Shown: in pieces, positions 29,538-39,196 of the stretch
Numbering within the stretch: position 1 is the stretch's first letter
Layout: each line of letters opens with the position of its first letter
Assembly: GCA_964441265.1 (NCBI GenBank)
Contig: CAYYKJ010000003.1
Location: 23,428 to 87,427 of the forward strand
Direction of reading: 5' to 3'
DNA: 64,000 nt
Source of the DNA: an uncultured archaeon
GTDB taxonomy: Archaea; Aenigmatarchaeota; Aenigmatarchaeia; QMZP01; QMZT01
Translations under genes and position numbers: made by a program
Notes under the pieces: generated by a model
Seen by the model: the letters and a program-made list of their open reading frames with translations, nothing else
Databases searched by the model: none
Told to the model about the DNA's origin: nothing

Positions 29538-29647
29538 GGGACGGTAGCTCAGTTCGGGAGAGCACATGGCTGAAGACCATGGAGTCGTGGGTTCAAAAAC
29601 GCTTGAAGCCGAATGGTCGGCTTCCGTCGAAATTCCCACCCGTCCCA
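29538..29647 (+). tRNA. tRNA-Phe(GAA) with a 36-nt T-loop intron at 59/60 (29598-29633)
   Basis: GGGACGG/CCGTCCC acceptor, CATGG-CTGAAGA-CCATG anticodon arm, and an insertion between TTCAAA and TCCCAC. Confidence 0.92.
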
Positions 29648-29681
29648 CTACATTTTTTAATCATCGGGCTCAATTAGTAGT

Positions 29682-30818
29682 ATGCTTTCTGAAAGAGCGA
29701 AAAACTGCAGTCCTTCCCCGACACTCGCCATTTCCGCGAAGGCTAAGGCCCTGAAGTCTCGGGGGGAGGATGTGGTCGACCTGGGGGCAGGCCAGCCGGA
29801 TTTCGACACTCCGGAACACGTAAAGAGGGCAGCCATAAGGGCAATACAGGAGGGGTTCAACAAATATACCTCCGCCTCGGGCATGCCGGAACTGAAGAAG
29901 GTCATATGCGAGAAATTCAGAAGGGACAACGGGATATCCTACAGGCCGGAGCAGATAGTGGTATCCTGCGGGGCGAAGCATTCCATACACAACATCATCC
30001 AGGCAATGATAGGTCCCGGAGACGAGGTAATGATTCCCAGACCATACTGGGTCACTTACCCGGAGCAGGTCCGACTGGCGGGAGGGAAACCAGTAGTCAT
30101 CGAAACCGGTGAGGATTTCAAGCTGAGATCCGAAAACGTGAAAGACGGTATAACCAACAAAACGAAACTGCTTCTGATGAACTCACCTAACAACCCCACG
30201 GGAGCGGTTTACGAGAAGGGGGAGATGATGAAGATAGCAGAGATCGCCCTGGAAAACGACTTCATGATAATTTCAGACGAGGTGTACGAGAACATAATCT
30301 TCGATGCTGAGCACTTCAGCGTGGCATCCATGGGGAACAAGATAAAGAACATCACCTTTACAGTGAATGCGATAAGCAAGACCTACTGCGTGACCGGTTG
30401 GAGGCTGGGATATACTGCAGGTCCTGCGAAGGTAATGAAAGCTATAGGAAACATCCAGAGCCACACCACCTCCAATCCCGCATCCATGGTCCAGAAGGCA
30501 GCCCTGGAAGCGATTTCCGGGCCGCAGGACTTTCTGAAAGGCATGAAAGATAGATTCAGGGAAAGGAGAGACTACATACTCAAGAGGATGGACGAGATGG
30601 GGCTGGAATGCCCCGAACCGGAGGGCGCTTTCTACGTCTTCCCCGGAATCCCCGACAATTCCAGCAAGTTCTCAGAAGAGCTCCTGGACACCGAAAGGGT
30701 GGGAGTTGTTCCGGGTATCGGATTCGGCATGGAAGGTCACATCAGAATCAGTTACGCAGCTTCTCTGGAAAGGATAAGGGAAGGCATGGACAGGATGGAG
30801 AGGTTCCTGAAGAAATAA
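29682..30818 (+). CDS. aspC: Aspartate aminotransferase (class I/II)
   Basis: GQPDFDTP, NSPNNPTG, SDEVY, SKTYCVTGWRLG. Confidence 0.9.
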   Translation: MLSERAKNCSPSPTLAISAKAKALKSRGEDVVDLGAGQPDFDTPEHVKRAAIRAIQEGFNKYTSASGMPELKKVICEKFRRDNGISYRPEQIVVSCGAKHSIHNIIQAMIGPGDEVMIPRPYWVTYPEQVRLAGGKPVVIETGEDFKLRSENVKDGITNKTKLLLMNSPNNPTGAVYEKGEMMKIAEIALENDFMIISDEVYENIIFDAEHFSVASMGNKIKNITFTVNAISKTYCVTGWRLGYTAGPAKVMKAIGNIQSHTTSNPASMVQKAALEAISGPQDFLKGMKDRFRERRDYILKRMDEMGLECPEPEGAFYVFPGIPDNSSKFSEELLDTERVGVVPGIGFGMEGHIRISYAASLERIREGMDRMERFLKK

Positions 30819-30819
30819 T

Positions 30820-32286
30820 TCATCCCAGAAATCCGCGTATCCAAGCGGCCTGGGTCACATGGTCCTTTATGGATTCCATGCGGTTCTTCCCGAGATCGGA
30901 TATTATCTCCCCGGTGACCTTCCTGTGTTTTTCGTTTTCGCTGAACTCGACCAGCTCCAGGGACCTTTTCATGTTCTTCTCCAGGCCCGGAGGGAGGATT
31001 TTGAAAACCTCCTTGTTGAAGTAGGGGAACGAGCATTTCAGGTCGTTGTCAAACCCCCTATATACTTCCCTCACATATTCCAGATCCTTCTCGCTGAGGG
31101 CGTGGAGTCCCAGCATCTCCGGGGGTAGGCCTATCGAATAAAGGGAGGCGCAGAATTTGATTGCCCTCGGAAGGGAAATCCCCTTCGTGCTCCTTGAATA
31201 GCCGAAAAGTCCTATATGGAGCTTCCTCTTCCTTCTGGGGGGCACATTTCTCGAGACCATGTTTATGAGGGGGGCGAGTGCCTGTATCTGTTTCTGATAC
31301 TCTCCTGAAACCTTGTCTATTATTGCCCTGCATCTATCGACGTCCATCATCGTGGGCCTGCCCCTGTTCGTGGAGTTGAGCGTATCGATCGCCCTGGTCA
31401 CGTCCCTTTCCGCGTGATCGTACTTGAAGGAGGACTGGGCGGAAAAGGTCTGGACGCTGGGGTATTCCCTGAGGGTGTTGTTGAGATTGGGAGGATTGAA
31501 GTTTCCCCTGAAAGGAACGGAACCCACCCCTATTACAGGGAGAATCGGGATTGACAGCTCCTCCTCCAGGGAATGCAGCTTGCTGAGAGCTATCTTGTTG
31601 ATCAGGACCGCGTTCATGAGACCGTAGTTGAGCGCGGGATCGCTTCTGGCCAGGAACACCCTCTGATAGTCGGGATCCTTCCCCTCAAGATATTTCCTTA
31701 CCAGGTCGTCCGAGTTTATCATGCTCTCCCTGTTTTCCACCAGGGGAGTCACTTTGATCTCTTCGGGTCTGAAATCCCCTATCCATTCGGAAATGCGCTT
31801 CCCGCCCGGAAGCGATTTCTGCTTCTTCCCGACCACGAAATCCCTGTAGTAATTGTATATCATCTCCAGCGACTCGTAGTTTGTGGTCATTGGCAGGAAC
31901 ACCTCGAATATGGGAGGTATGTCGTCTCCGTAGAATAACTTCGCTATGTCATAGCTCCTGGGTATGCTTTCCAGCGTTTCCAGGAGTATCTTGGCCTCGG
32001 GCTTCTCGACCTCCGGGTTGGGAACCCTCAGTGTGAGGAAGAAATCCCTGCCCAGTATGTTTTTTCGGAAGAACGACTCGTACTTGGAGACCAGCTTCTT
32101 CACAACGAAGGAATCCACTTCCTTCCCCTCGGCGTCCCACATCTGCTCCCTGGCTCCCAGATGGGAGAAAACGAAGAATGCCTCCTTTATCTCGTCCTCC
32201 CCTCCCATGACCTCGTTCTCCGCGAAGAAGGGCGTGTTCACGTTGTCCGGGTGCTGGGTGCTCATGACCCGTGATACCTTGATCAT
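30820..32286 (-). CDS. ppcA: Archaeal-type phosphoenolpyruvate carboxylase
   Basis: MSTQHPDN, RVFLARSDPALNYG, GSVPFRG, LPRAIKF. Confidence 0.95.
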   Translation of the reverse strand: MIKVSRVMSTQHPDNVNTPFFAENEVMGGEDEIKEAFFVFSHLGAREQMWDAEGKEVDSFVVKKLVSKYESFFRKNILGRDFFLTLRVPNPEVEKPEAKILLETLESIPRSYDIAKLFYGDDIPPIFEVFLPMTTNYESLEMIYNYYRDFVVGKKQKSLPGGKRISEWIGDFRPEEIKVTPLVENRESMINSDDLVRKYLEGKDPDYQRVFLARSDPALNYGLMNAVLINKIALSKLHSLEEELSIPILPVIGVGSVPFRGNFNPPNLNNTLREYPSVQTFSAQSSFKYDHAERDVTRAIDTLNSTNRGRPTMMDVDRCRAIIDKVSGEYQKQIQALAPLINMVSRNVPPRRKRKLHIGLFGYSRSTKGISLPRAIKFCASLYSIGLPPEMLGLHALSEKDLEYVREVYRGFDNDLKCSFPYFNKEVFKILPPGLEKNMKRSLELVEFSENEKHRKVTGEIISDLGKNRMESIKDHVTQAAWIRGFLG

Positions 32287-32350
32287 ATCATTCGCCTTGG
32301 AGTTATATTGCAAGAAAAGCAATAAAAAGATGAAATATTCATTTAAACCC

Positions 32351-33427
32351 ATGAGAAAAACCAGAGAGGGCGGGGTAGAATTCTTCGTGCCCGATGAATC
32401 TCTGACCAGGAAGTCAAGGGTTTTCTACAACCCCGCCATGGAATACCAGAGGGACGTGACCATATCCTGCCTGAAGGTCTCGAAGCCCTCGGAAGCTCTC
32501 CTCCCTCTGGCAGCCTCCGGGGTCCGGGGGATCAGGATACTGAAGGAGGTCCCGGATGCTGAAAAGGTCACCTTCAACGACGCCAACCCCAGCGCATGCA
32601 GGCTGGCGGAGAGGAATCTCATGCTGAACAGGATCCCGAAGAAATCCTTCGATATAAGGAATGAAGACGCCCGGAAAGTGTTGCTGGAGGGGAGATACGA
32701 CTACGTGGACATCGATCCCTTCGGGTCGCCGATAGACTTCCTCAGAAATGTGGGATCGTGTGTGAAGGACGGGTCGCTTCTCGGGGTCACGGCCACCGAT
32801 TCCGGCGCCCTCGCGGGTAAATTCACCAAAGCCTGTCTCCGCAGATACGGTGTCAGGGTGATCAGGACGGATTTCCCCAAGGAGCTGGGCGTGCGGGTAC
32901 TCATAACCTCAATAATGCAGAATCTATCCTCCAGCGACATGACCTTCATCCCCCTTTATTCCCACGGGAACCATTACTTCAGGGTGATCGGGAGGATTGA
33001 GAGGGGAGCAAAAAAATCAGACCGGGACCTGAAAAAAATACGGATGGTGTCCTACTGTCCCAAATGCATGAGGAGAGAGATAGGGATCAGGGAAACATGC
33101 GATTGCGGATCCCCTTATTCGCACATAGGGCCCATATGGACCGGGCCCACGAAGAGCACGGATTTCGTGAAAAAGGCATTGCAGGAATTCCTGAACTCCG
33201 GTTTCAGAAAACCGAAGGAACTGCAGACCTGCTCCGAGGAGATCGACCAGCCGTTCTATTATGATCTCCACTCAATATCCAAGAAACTGAGAAAGGGACC
33301 GCCCAAGCTGGACCACCTCATGTCGGAACTGAAAAACAAGGGCTTCAAATGCTCAAGGACCAGGTTCCTACTGAACGGCTTCAGAACGGATGCTGGCATC
33401 GGGACGATAAATAAGATAATAGGATGA
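32351..33427 (+). CDS. trm1: tRNA (guanine26-N2)-dimethyltransferase
   Basis: VFYNPAM, ASGVRGIR, DIDPFGSP, VTATD, GPIWTG. Confidence 0.92.
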   Translation: MRKTREGGVEFFVPDESLTRKSRVFYNPAMEYQRDVTISCLKVSKPSEALLPLAASGVRGIRILKEVPDAEKVTFNDANPSACRLAERNLMLNRIPKKSFDIRNEDARKVLLEGRYDYVDIDPFGSPIDFLRNVGSCVKDGSLLGVTATDSGALAGKFTKACLRRYGVRVIRTDFPKELGVRVLITSIMQNLSSSDMTFIPLYSHGNHYFRVIGRIERGAKKSDRDLKKIRMVSYCPKCMRREIGIRETCDCGSPYSHIGPIWTGPTKSTDFVKKALQEFLNSGFRKPKELQTCSEEIDQPFYYDLHSISKKLRKGPPKLDHLMSELKNKGFKCSRTRFLLNGFRTDAGIGTINKIIG

Positions 33428-33432
33428 GGAAT

Positions 33433-34395
33433 TCACTCTTTTATTTCCTCTTCGTCTTCCTTGACCTTTTCCTCGACCTCGTCCTTTATCCCCAGCTTCT
33501 CCACCACCTCTTTGTACCTGTTGCGGATGGTGACCTCGGTGACGCCTATGGCGTCCGCCACCTCCCTCTGGGTCTTCTTCTTTCCCTCGAGGACGGCAGA
33601 TATGTAAAGTGCAGCGGCCGCGACCCCGATCGGACCCTTTCCGGAGGTCACGTCATAGCTGGTGGCCTTGTCGAGTATCTTTACAGCCCTGACCTGGACC
33701 TTTTCGTCCAGACCGAGCAGCGAACCGAATCTAGGGATGTAATCCTGGGGCTTTGCGGGCAGTATCCTTATGCCCAGCTTTCTCGCTATGTATCTGTATG
33801 TCTTGCCTATGTCCCTCTTGGATATACCGGATGCGTTGGAAATCTCGTCCAGCGTCCTGGGAGCTCCCTCCTCCCTGCAGGTGGTATAAAGCAGGGCGGC
33901 AATTATGGACTCGGTCGATCTTCCCCTCACCAGACCCCTTTCCACTGCCTTTTCGTAGAGCTTGGCCACCCTCTCGTGTATGGCCTGGGAAAGGTTGAGA
34001 TAGGATATGAGCCTCTGAAGTTCTGAGAATGCGAATGAAAGGTTTCTGTCTTTTGATTTTATGAGCCTCTTGTGCCACTTGGAGAGCCTGTAATACTGGG
34101 CCCTTTTCTTGGCGGCTACCTTGAAGAGTTCACCCCGTCCCTTTCCGATCTCGGTGGTGATCCCCTGGTCGTGCTTGGTGACGGTCAAGGGGGCTCCTGT
34201 CCGGACCCTTCTCGACCTCTGGTTGTCGTCGAAGGCCCTCCATTCCTGGCTTGTGTCTATTACCGACTGGTTTATGACCAGCCCGCACTTGGAGCAGACC
34301 ATCTCCCCCCTCGAAGAATCATAACGTATGTTTTCGCTCTTGCATTCCGGACAAACTGTCTTTCTTTCCTCTTTCTTTTTGATTTTTTGGGTCAT
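33433..34395 (-). CDS. tfb: Transcription initiation factor IIB
   Basis: CPEC...CSKCG Zn ribbon, EWRAF, GVTEVTIRNRYKE. Confidence 0.98.
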   Translation of the reverse strand: MTQKIKKKEERKTVCPECKSENIRYDSSRGEMVCSKCGLVINQSVIDTSQEWRAFDDNQRSRRVRTGAPLTVTKHDQGITTEIGKGRGELFKVAAKKRAQYYRLSKWHKRLIKSKDRNLSFAFSELQRLISYLNLSQAIHERVAKLYEKAVERGLVRGRSTESIIAALLYTTCREEGAPRTLDEISNASGISKRDIGKTYRYIARKLGIRILPAKPQDYIPRFGSLLGLDEKVQVRAVKILDKATSYDVTSGKGPIGVAAAALYISAVLEGKKKTQREVADAIGVTEVTIRNRYKEVVEKLGIKDEVEEKVKEDEEEIKE

Positions 34396-34595
34396 TTTAC
34401 CCCCTTTTAGTGATTATAAACTCGTAAACGTTAATATAAATTTGCATAAGTTATATATAAAGATTTCTATACTCAAGTAGCGGTTTGGGACGGGCAGGAA
34501 AAACGGAACAAATCATGAAGGAACAAAACCCTTTATTAATCACCATGACAAATTACTAAGATAAGGATTTTCTCAACCAGAAACTGCTGATCACC

Positions 34596-34985
34596 ATGGC
34601 GAACAAAGTTGGCGAAATAAAGGATCTGAAACCGGGGGCTTACGTCATGATGGACGGGGAGCCCTGTAGGGTGACCAAGATCACCAAATCGAAGCCGGGA
34701 AAGCACGGCTCCACCAAGGCCAGGGTCGAGGCCGTGGGCATCTTCGACGACAAGAAGAGAACCCTGCTGAAGCCGACTTCCGCATCATGCCAGATACCAA
34801 TCATACTCAAGAAGGGCGCCCAGGTTGTCAGCATAAGCGGAGGGACAGCCCAGCTGATGGACCTCGAGGACTACTCCATGTTCGACACGGTCATCCCGGA
34901 AGGGCTCAAGAGCAAGATAGCGGCCGGGAAGGAAGTGGAATACTGGAAGATCGGTGACAGGGTAATGATAAAGACGGCCAAGTAG
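34596..34985 (+). CDS. eif5a: Translation factor aIF-5A
   Basis: SKPGKHGSTK hypusine motif. Confidence 0.95.
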   Translation: MANKVGEIKDLKPGAYVMMDGEPCRVTKITKSKPGKHGSTKARVEAVGIFDDKKRTLLKPTSASCQIPIILKKGAQVVSISGGTAQLMDLEDYSMFDTVIPEGLKSKIAAGKEVEYWKIGDRVMIKTAK

Positions 34986-34994
34986 AACGAATTT

Positions 34995-35249
34995 CTAAAT
35001 TTGCGTAATCCCCAGTTTCTCGCGATAAATTTTATCGGTCATGGCTTTCGATGCCGATTGAAAAAGGATTTCCATCGGATCCTTCCCGGTCTTTTCGCAT
35101 GGTGTTTTGAAATGCTCGACATAAGTGGGCCAGAGGGTGCCGCCCCATGCCTTTATATCTTTTTCCATGAGATAATTTTTTCCGATTTTTAAGGCATCCT
35201 CCAAAAGCTGCTGCATCGAATGTTCCGGGGTATAATTCCTGTTTCCCAT
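34995..35249 (-). CDS. Hypothetical protein
   Basis: 84-aa ORF filling the gap between aIF-5A and speB, with a TTTAAA box upstream. Confidence 0.55.
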   Translation of the reverse strand: MGNRNYTPEHSMQQLLEDALKIGKNYLMEKDIKAWGGTLWPTYVEHFKTPCEKTGKDPMEILFQSASKAMTDKIYREKLGITQI

Positions 35250-35299
35250 GAAAAAAGAAAGAATCTAAATGTTTTAAATCATTGTTTTATCCTAAATCT

Positions 35300-36106
35300 A
35301 TGCTCTACAGCAAAAAGACCTTCGAATACGAACATCCCCCGGAAGAGGCGGATGTCGTTCTTATCGGGATTCCATGGGACTTCTCCCAGACCGGCTACCC
35401 GACCAGGTACGGCCCGCTTTTCATCCGGGAGGCGATCAGGGGAATGATCGGGTATGACCCGGAGACCGGGACCAGCATATTCAAGAAATACAAATTCGCT
35501 GATCTGGGTGATGTGGAGGTTGTCCCGGGAAACTGGAAGCTCACAGAGGAGAGGATACTGGATACTGTCAAATCAGTTTTCGAAAAAAACCCGAAAATAT
35601 TCCCTGTTTTTCTCGGAGGTGACCATCTCATCACTCTGGGAATACTCAATGCAATGAAAGACACAGTGAAGGATAAAATCACGGTCGTGGATTTCGACGC
35701 CCACAGGGACCTTCTCCCGGAATTCATGGGGGAGAAATTCTCCCACGTCACCTGGATCAGCCACGCCCTGAAGCATTCCGACGTGGTCCAGATAGGGACG
35801 AGGGCATGGTCGGAGGAGGAGAACGGGATCCTCAAAGGATCGGGGATAAAGGACGGCTTCGAAAAGACCGACAGGCCAGTTTACCTGACCGTGGACATGG
35901 ACGTCTTCGATCCGGGTATCGCCCCGGAGGTCGGAACCCCGGAGCCCAATGGAATGGATCTCAAGGGTTTTCTGAAGATTCTCAGAAGGGTGGCCGGTTC
36001 AAACGTGATCGGTATGGACATAACGGAATGCGGCTCCACCGGAGTCAACTCGCCGACAGCGACGCTGGCGGCAAACATTTTCAAGAAGTTCTTCTGTTAT
36101 AAATGA
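35300..36106 (+). CDS. speB: Agmatinase (ureohydrolase family)
   Basis: GGDH, DAHRD, DMDVFDP, GTPEP; close to aIF-5A. Confidence 0.88.
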   Translation: MLYSKKTFEYEHPPEEADVVLIGIPWDFSQTGYPTRYGPLFIREAIRGMIGYDPETGTSIFKKYKFADLGDVEVVPGNWKLTEERILDTVKSVFEKNPKIFPVFLGGDHLITLGILNAMKDTVKDKITVVDFDAHRDLLPEFMGEKFSHVTWISHALKHSDVVQIGTRAWSEEENGILKGSGIKDGFEKTDRPVYLTVDMDVFDPGIAPEVGTPEPNGMDLKGFLKILRRVAGSNVIGMDITECGSTGVNSPTATLAANIFKKFFCYK

Positions 36107-36375
36107 AGCCCGCTGTTCCCCGGCATGAAAGGTCTGTGAAGCCGAAAATACATATAGGAAGAAGCTCCCGGGGCATTGCTTCAGCCTCAGCTCACAGGGA
36201 ACAGCCAACTTCAAAGGAATCCCGCCGAAAAGTGTGGTCATCCAGCCGGTTCGCACCGGACAGGGAATCATCCCAACAGACAAGACTTCATCCTGACTGT
36301 CGAGACGGTGAGATAGCTGACAATATCCCAGAAATTGCACGCCCAAACATGGATATTGCTTTTCATGCTATCCCA
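36104..36375 (-). ncRNA. Unassigned structured RNA candidate
   Basis: Non-coding gap with nested helices favouring G-U pairs on the minus strand, a CCGGT-GCGA-ACCGG tetraloop hairpin, and TATATAAAA upstream. Confidence 0.35.
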
Positions 36376-36467
36376 ATCCATATTTTGTCAGGGATTTTTA
36401 TATATCTGATCTCCAGATTTTTCCGGAGTAAAATCCCTTATTTAAACCAATCTTTCAAAATAAAAAC

Positions 36468-36641
36468 ATGAAGAAAACAAGGATGGTCCTGTGCCCTCAC
36501 TGCGATCAGGAGCAGAGGGTCAAACTCAACGCATCAAAGGTGAAATGCAAGAAATGCGGGAAGACCTTCCAAGCGGGCAAGGAGGAGTACAAGCACCCCA
36601 ATCACTTCTGGCACAACCCGGACACTTCTCACCATTTCTAG
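36468..36641 (+). CDS. Small Zn-ribbon protein with His-rich tail (57 aa)
   Basis: MKKTRMVLCPHC...KCKKCG...HPNHFWHNPDTSHHF*; TTTAAA box ~25 nt upstream; below the ORF-track cutoff. Confidence 0.7.
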   Translation: MKKTRMVLCPHCDQEQRVKLNASKVKCKKCGKTFQAGKEEYKHPNHFWHNPDTSHHF

Positions 36642-36660
36642 AGAAACATAATCACGATCA

Positions 36661-37065
36661 TCATTTCTTTTTACTGAGAATTTTGCTCACCGAATAGCCC
36701 TTCTTCCTTCTTCTGAGCCTGACCACCCTGCAGATCAGTCTCCTTTTCCTGAGCTCTTCCTCAAGCCTCTTCTTGCTCATCTTCTGGTCCTTGCCGAGAA
36801 CGATCACATCGGGGTCCTCCCTCTCCACCACTTTCATGAAGTCAGTGTCGTCCCCCATCACCACCTTGTCGGCGATTCCGGTCTTCTCCAGGGCCTTCTT
36901 CCTCTTCTCCGCGGAGAACAGGGGATAGGTCTTGGTCAGCACCGCGGTCCTGTCGCTGGCCACAACCACCACCAGCTTGTCCCCGCGCTTCCTGGCCTCC
37001 TTCAGGAAGAAAAGGTGGCCCGCATGGACTATGTTGAACACACCTCCGACAAGTACCTTGGTCAT
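36661..37065 (-). CDS. ribL: FAD synthase / cytidylyltransferase-like protein
   Basis: GGVFNIVHAGH, VVVASD, PDVIVLGKDQ. Confidence 0.8.
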   Translation of the reverse strand: MTKVLVGGVFNIVHAGHLFFLKEARKRGDKLVVVVASDRTAVLTKTYPLFSAEKRKKALEKTGIADKVVMGDDTDFMKVVEREDPDVIVLGKDQKMSKKRLEEELRKRRLICRVVRLRRRKKGYSVSKILSKKK

Positions 37066-37142
37066 GAATAGATTTGGGAACGAATGAATATATTTTTAAG
37101 ACAAAAACATAACAATAATTATAAAAGAAAGGCGGTGATCTT

Positions 37143-38081
37143 TTGATTAAAAACATTGGATACGGAAAGACTATACTTTTCGGTGAGCATTTCGTGGTTT
37201 ACGGGCTGCCAGGTATAGCAGCCGCACTGGAAGACTACAATGTTGCTAAAATCGAGAAGGGAGAAGGAAGCGGGTTCGTCCTTGTTGACAACAGGAAGGA
37301 GACCCCGGGATACAAGGAGAAGAAGAAAGATGAAATCCATAAAGCGATTGATCTCATGATAAAATTTCTGAAAATCGACACTGAAAAGAATCCGATAAAG
37401 ATCACTCTTGAGGGCACGCTCCTCTGCACGAGCGGGAACGGCTCCTCCTCTGCGATGTCGACTGCCATTGCCCGTGCCCTCTCGGAATATTTCGGCCTCG
37501 GGCTGGACGAAGACCAGATAAACGAGGTTTCCTACGAGGGAGAGAAGGCGTCCGCGGGAACGCCCTCCGGGATCGACAACTCCTGCGCCACATACGGGGG
37601 AATCATCATCTTCAAAAAGAACCTAAAAGTCGGCCCCAATTTCATCGACCAGTTCAAGATAAAGGAGCCGTTAAGTATCGTGCTCGCAAATACGGGAATA
37701 ACACAGAGCACCGCGGAGGTCGTGGGGGACGTGAGGAAGGAAAAGGAGGCGAATCCGGAGAAATACGAAAGGATATTCAGGGAATACAATGAGATGTTCG
37801 AGAGAGGAAAGAAGGCACTTGAGGATTACGACCTGGAAGAAATCGGAAAACAGATGGAAAAGAACCAGGATCTCCTCAGGGAAATCACGGTGTCCTGCCC
37901 TGAAATCGAGAAAGTGATCAAGGTTGCCAAGGCCAATGGCGCGATAGCAGCAAAACTGACCGGTACAGGAAGGGGCGGCAACGTCCTGATTCTTGTCAGG
38001 GACGGCGAAACCCAGGACAGGGTGGCGGAATCGATTGAAGGGGAAGGGTTCAAGACGGTTAAGACAAGGATAGGGGTTTAA
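37143..38081 (+). CDS. mvk: Mevalonate kinase
   Basis: GKTILFGEHFVVYG, GNGSSSA, PSGIDN, KLTGTGRGG. Confidence 0.92.
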   Translation: MIKNIGYGKTILFGEHFVVYGLPGIAAALEDYNVAKIEKGEGSGFVLVDNRKETPGYKEKKKDEIHKAIDLMIKFLKIDTEKNPIKITLEGTLLCTSGNGSSSAMSTAIARALSEYFGLGLDEDQINEVSYEGEKASAGTPSGIDNSCATYGGIIIFKKNLKVGPNFIDQFKIKEPLSIVLANTGITQSTAEVVGDVRKEKEANPEKYERIFREYNEMFERGKKALEDYDLEEIGKQMEKNQDLLREITVSCPEIEKVIKVAKANGAIAAKLTGTGRGGNVLILVRDGETQDRVAESIEGEGFKTVKTRIGV

Positions 38082-39193
38082 ACGACCCCTTTCTTCGCCA
38101 TTTTGACGTCCAGCAGGTGTATTCCCTGCTCTTCCCAGGAATTCCTGATTTTTCCGGCGGTTTCCTCGTCAAAGCATATCGCTATTCCGCAATCCCCTCC
38201 GCCGGCTCCGGAGAGCTTTCCTGCACCGCCGTTGTCCTTTGCGAGTTCGCTGAGTTTTCTGAGGTCATCGGTTTCGATATTGACTCCTGTTTTTTCACCC
38301 AATTCCCTCAGGTAATCCTCGTTCCTGCTCAGTAGTTCGAGTATTTTTTCCTTATTCCTCTTCTTCCAATCAGTAATCAAGTCTCTGACAAGGTTAGCGA
38401 TCTGTTCGAAGAGGCGATTGTATTCCTCCCGGTTGTCCTCTGCCCATGCATTGAGCTGCTTGACCATGGCAGAGGTGGACGCGGATTTCTTTGTCCATCC
38501 GACGAGCATTATCAGGTCGTCAGAAACTTCAAGCTCCTCGACCATGTAACTCGGCCATTCCTGTTCAGCGACCTCTTTCACCGATGCTCCGCTTTCCAGC
38601 CTCTCCATTAGCCACTTCGGATCGAAACGCTGGTAGACGAATACCCCTCCGAACGTGGAAGCGGCTACGTCGAAGGCCGAGCCGACCTTTCCCTGCGCGA
38701 AATAATGGGTCATTGCGGAGAGCTTGTATATCAGGTCCTTGGTCTCCCTCTTGGAAATGTCCCTTCCTTGGAATGCAAGGATCCCGGAAACTGCAGCCAC
38801 GACCGCCGCAGCAGAGCTCCCGAAACCGATCTTCCTCATTTCCCCGTCAACCTCTATCTGGGACATCTCGCCCCAGGAACGGATCGAAAATGGCATGAAA
38901 TCCCCCAGATATCGAAGGGTGGTCTCGATGGAACCCTTGACGAATTTCAGGTATTCCTTTTCCTCTTCGGATATATCTCTTGACCATTTGAGCTCCGATC
39001 CGTCGAACTCACCCTCCAGATTCTCGATCTTGAAATCATCCAGAGTTATCCGTATCTTATCGCTTTCCTCGACCTTTGCGTGGACCCTCTTGTCCACCGC
39101 AGTAACTATTCCGGGGTTCCCTACCTCCAGAACGCTCCATTCCCCAGAAAGGAACAGCTTCCCCGGGGCGCTTACCTCAACCATCCATAACAC
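38078..39193 (-). CDS. mvaK2: Phosphomevalonate kinase (ERG8/MvaK2 type)
   Basis: SAPGKLFLSGEW, KIGFGSSAA, GSAFDVAAS, KLSGAGGGDCG. Confidence 0.9.
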   Translation of the reverse strand: MLWMVEVSAPGKLFLSGEWSVLEVGNPGIVTAVDKRVHAKVEESDKIRITLDDFKIENLEGEFDGSELKWSRDISEEEKEYLKFVKGSIETTLRYLGDFMPFSIRSWGEMSQIEVDGEMRKIGFGSSAAAVVAAVSGILAFQGRDISKRETKDLIYKLSAMTHYFAQGKVGSAFDVAASTFGGVFVYQRFDPKWLMERLESGASVKEVAEQEWPSYMVEELEVSDDLIMLVGWTKKSASTSAMVKQLNAWAEDNREEYNRLFEQIANLVRDLITDWKKRNKEKILELLSRNEDYLRELGEKTGVNIETDDLRKLSELAKDNGGAGKLSGAGGGDCGIAICFDEETAGKIRNSWEEQGIHLLDVKMAKKGVV

Positions 39194-39196
39194 CTC

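Noticed and set aside
35999..36471. ORFs 35999-36346(-) and 36103-36471(+) as proteins
   Set aside because: No recognisable motifs and atypical composition; the region is better explained as non-coding.
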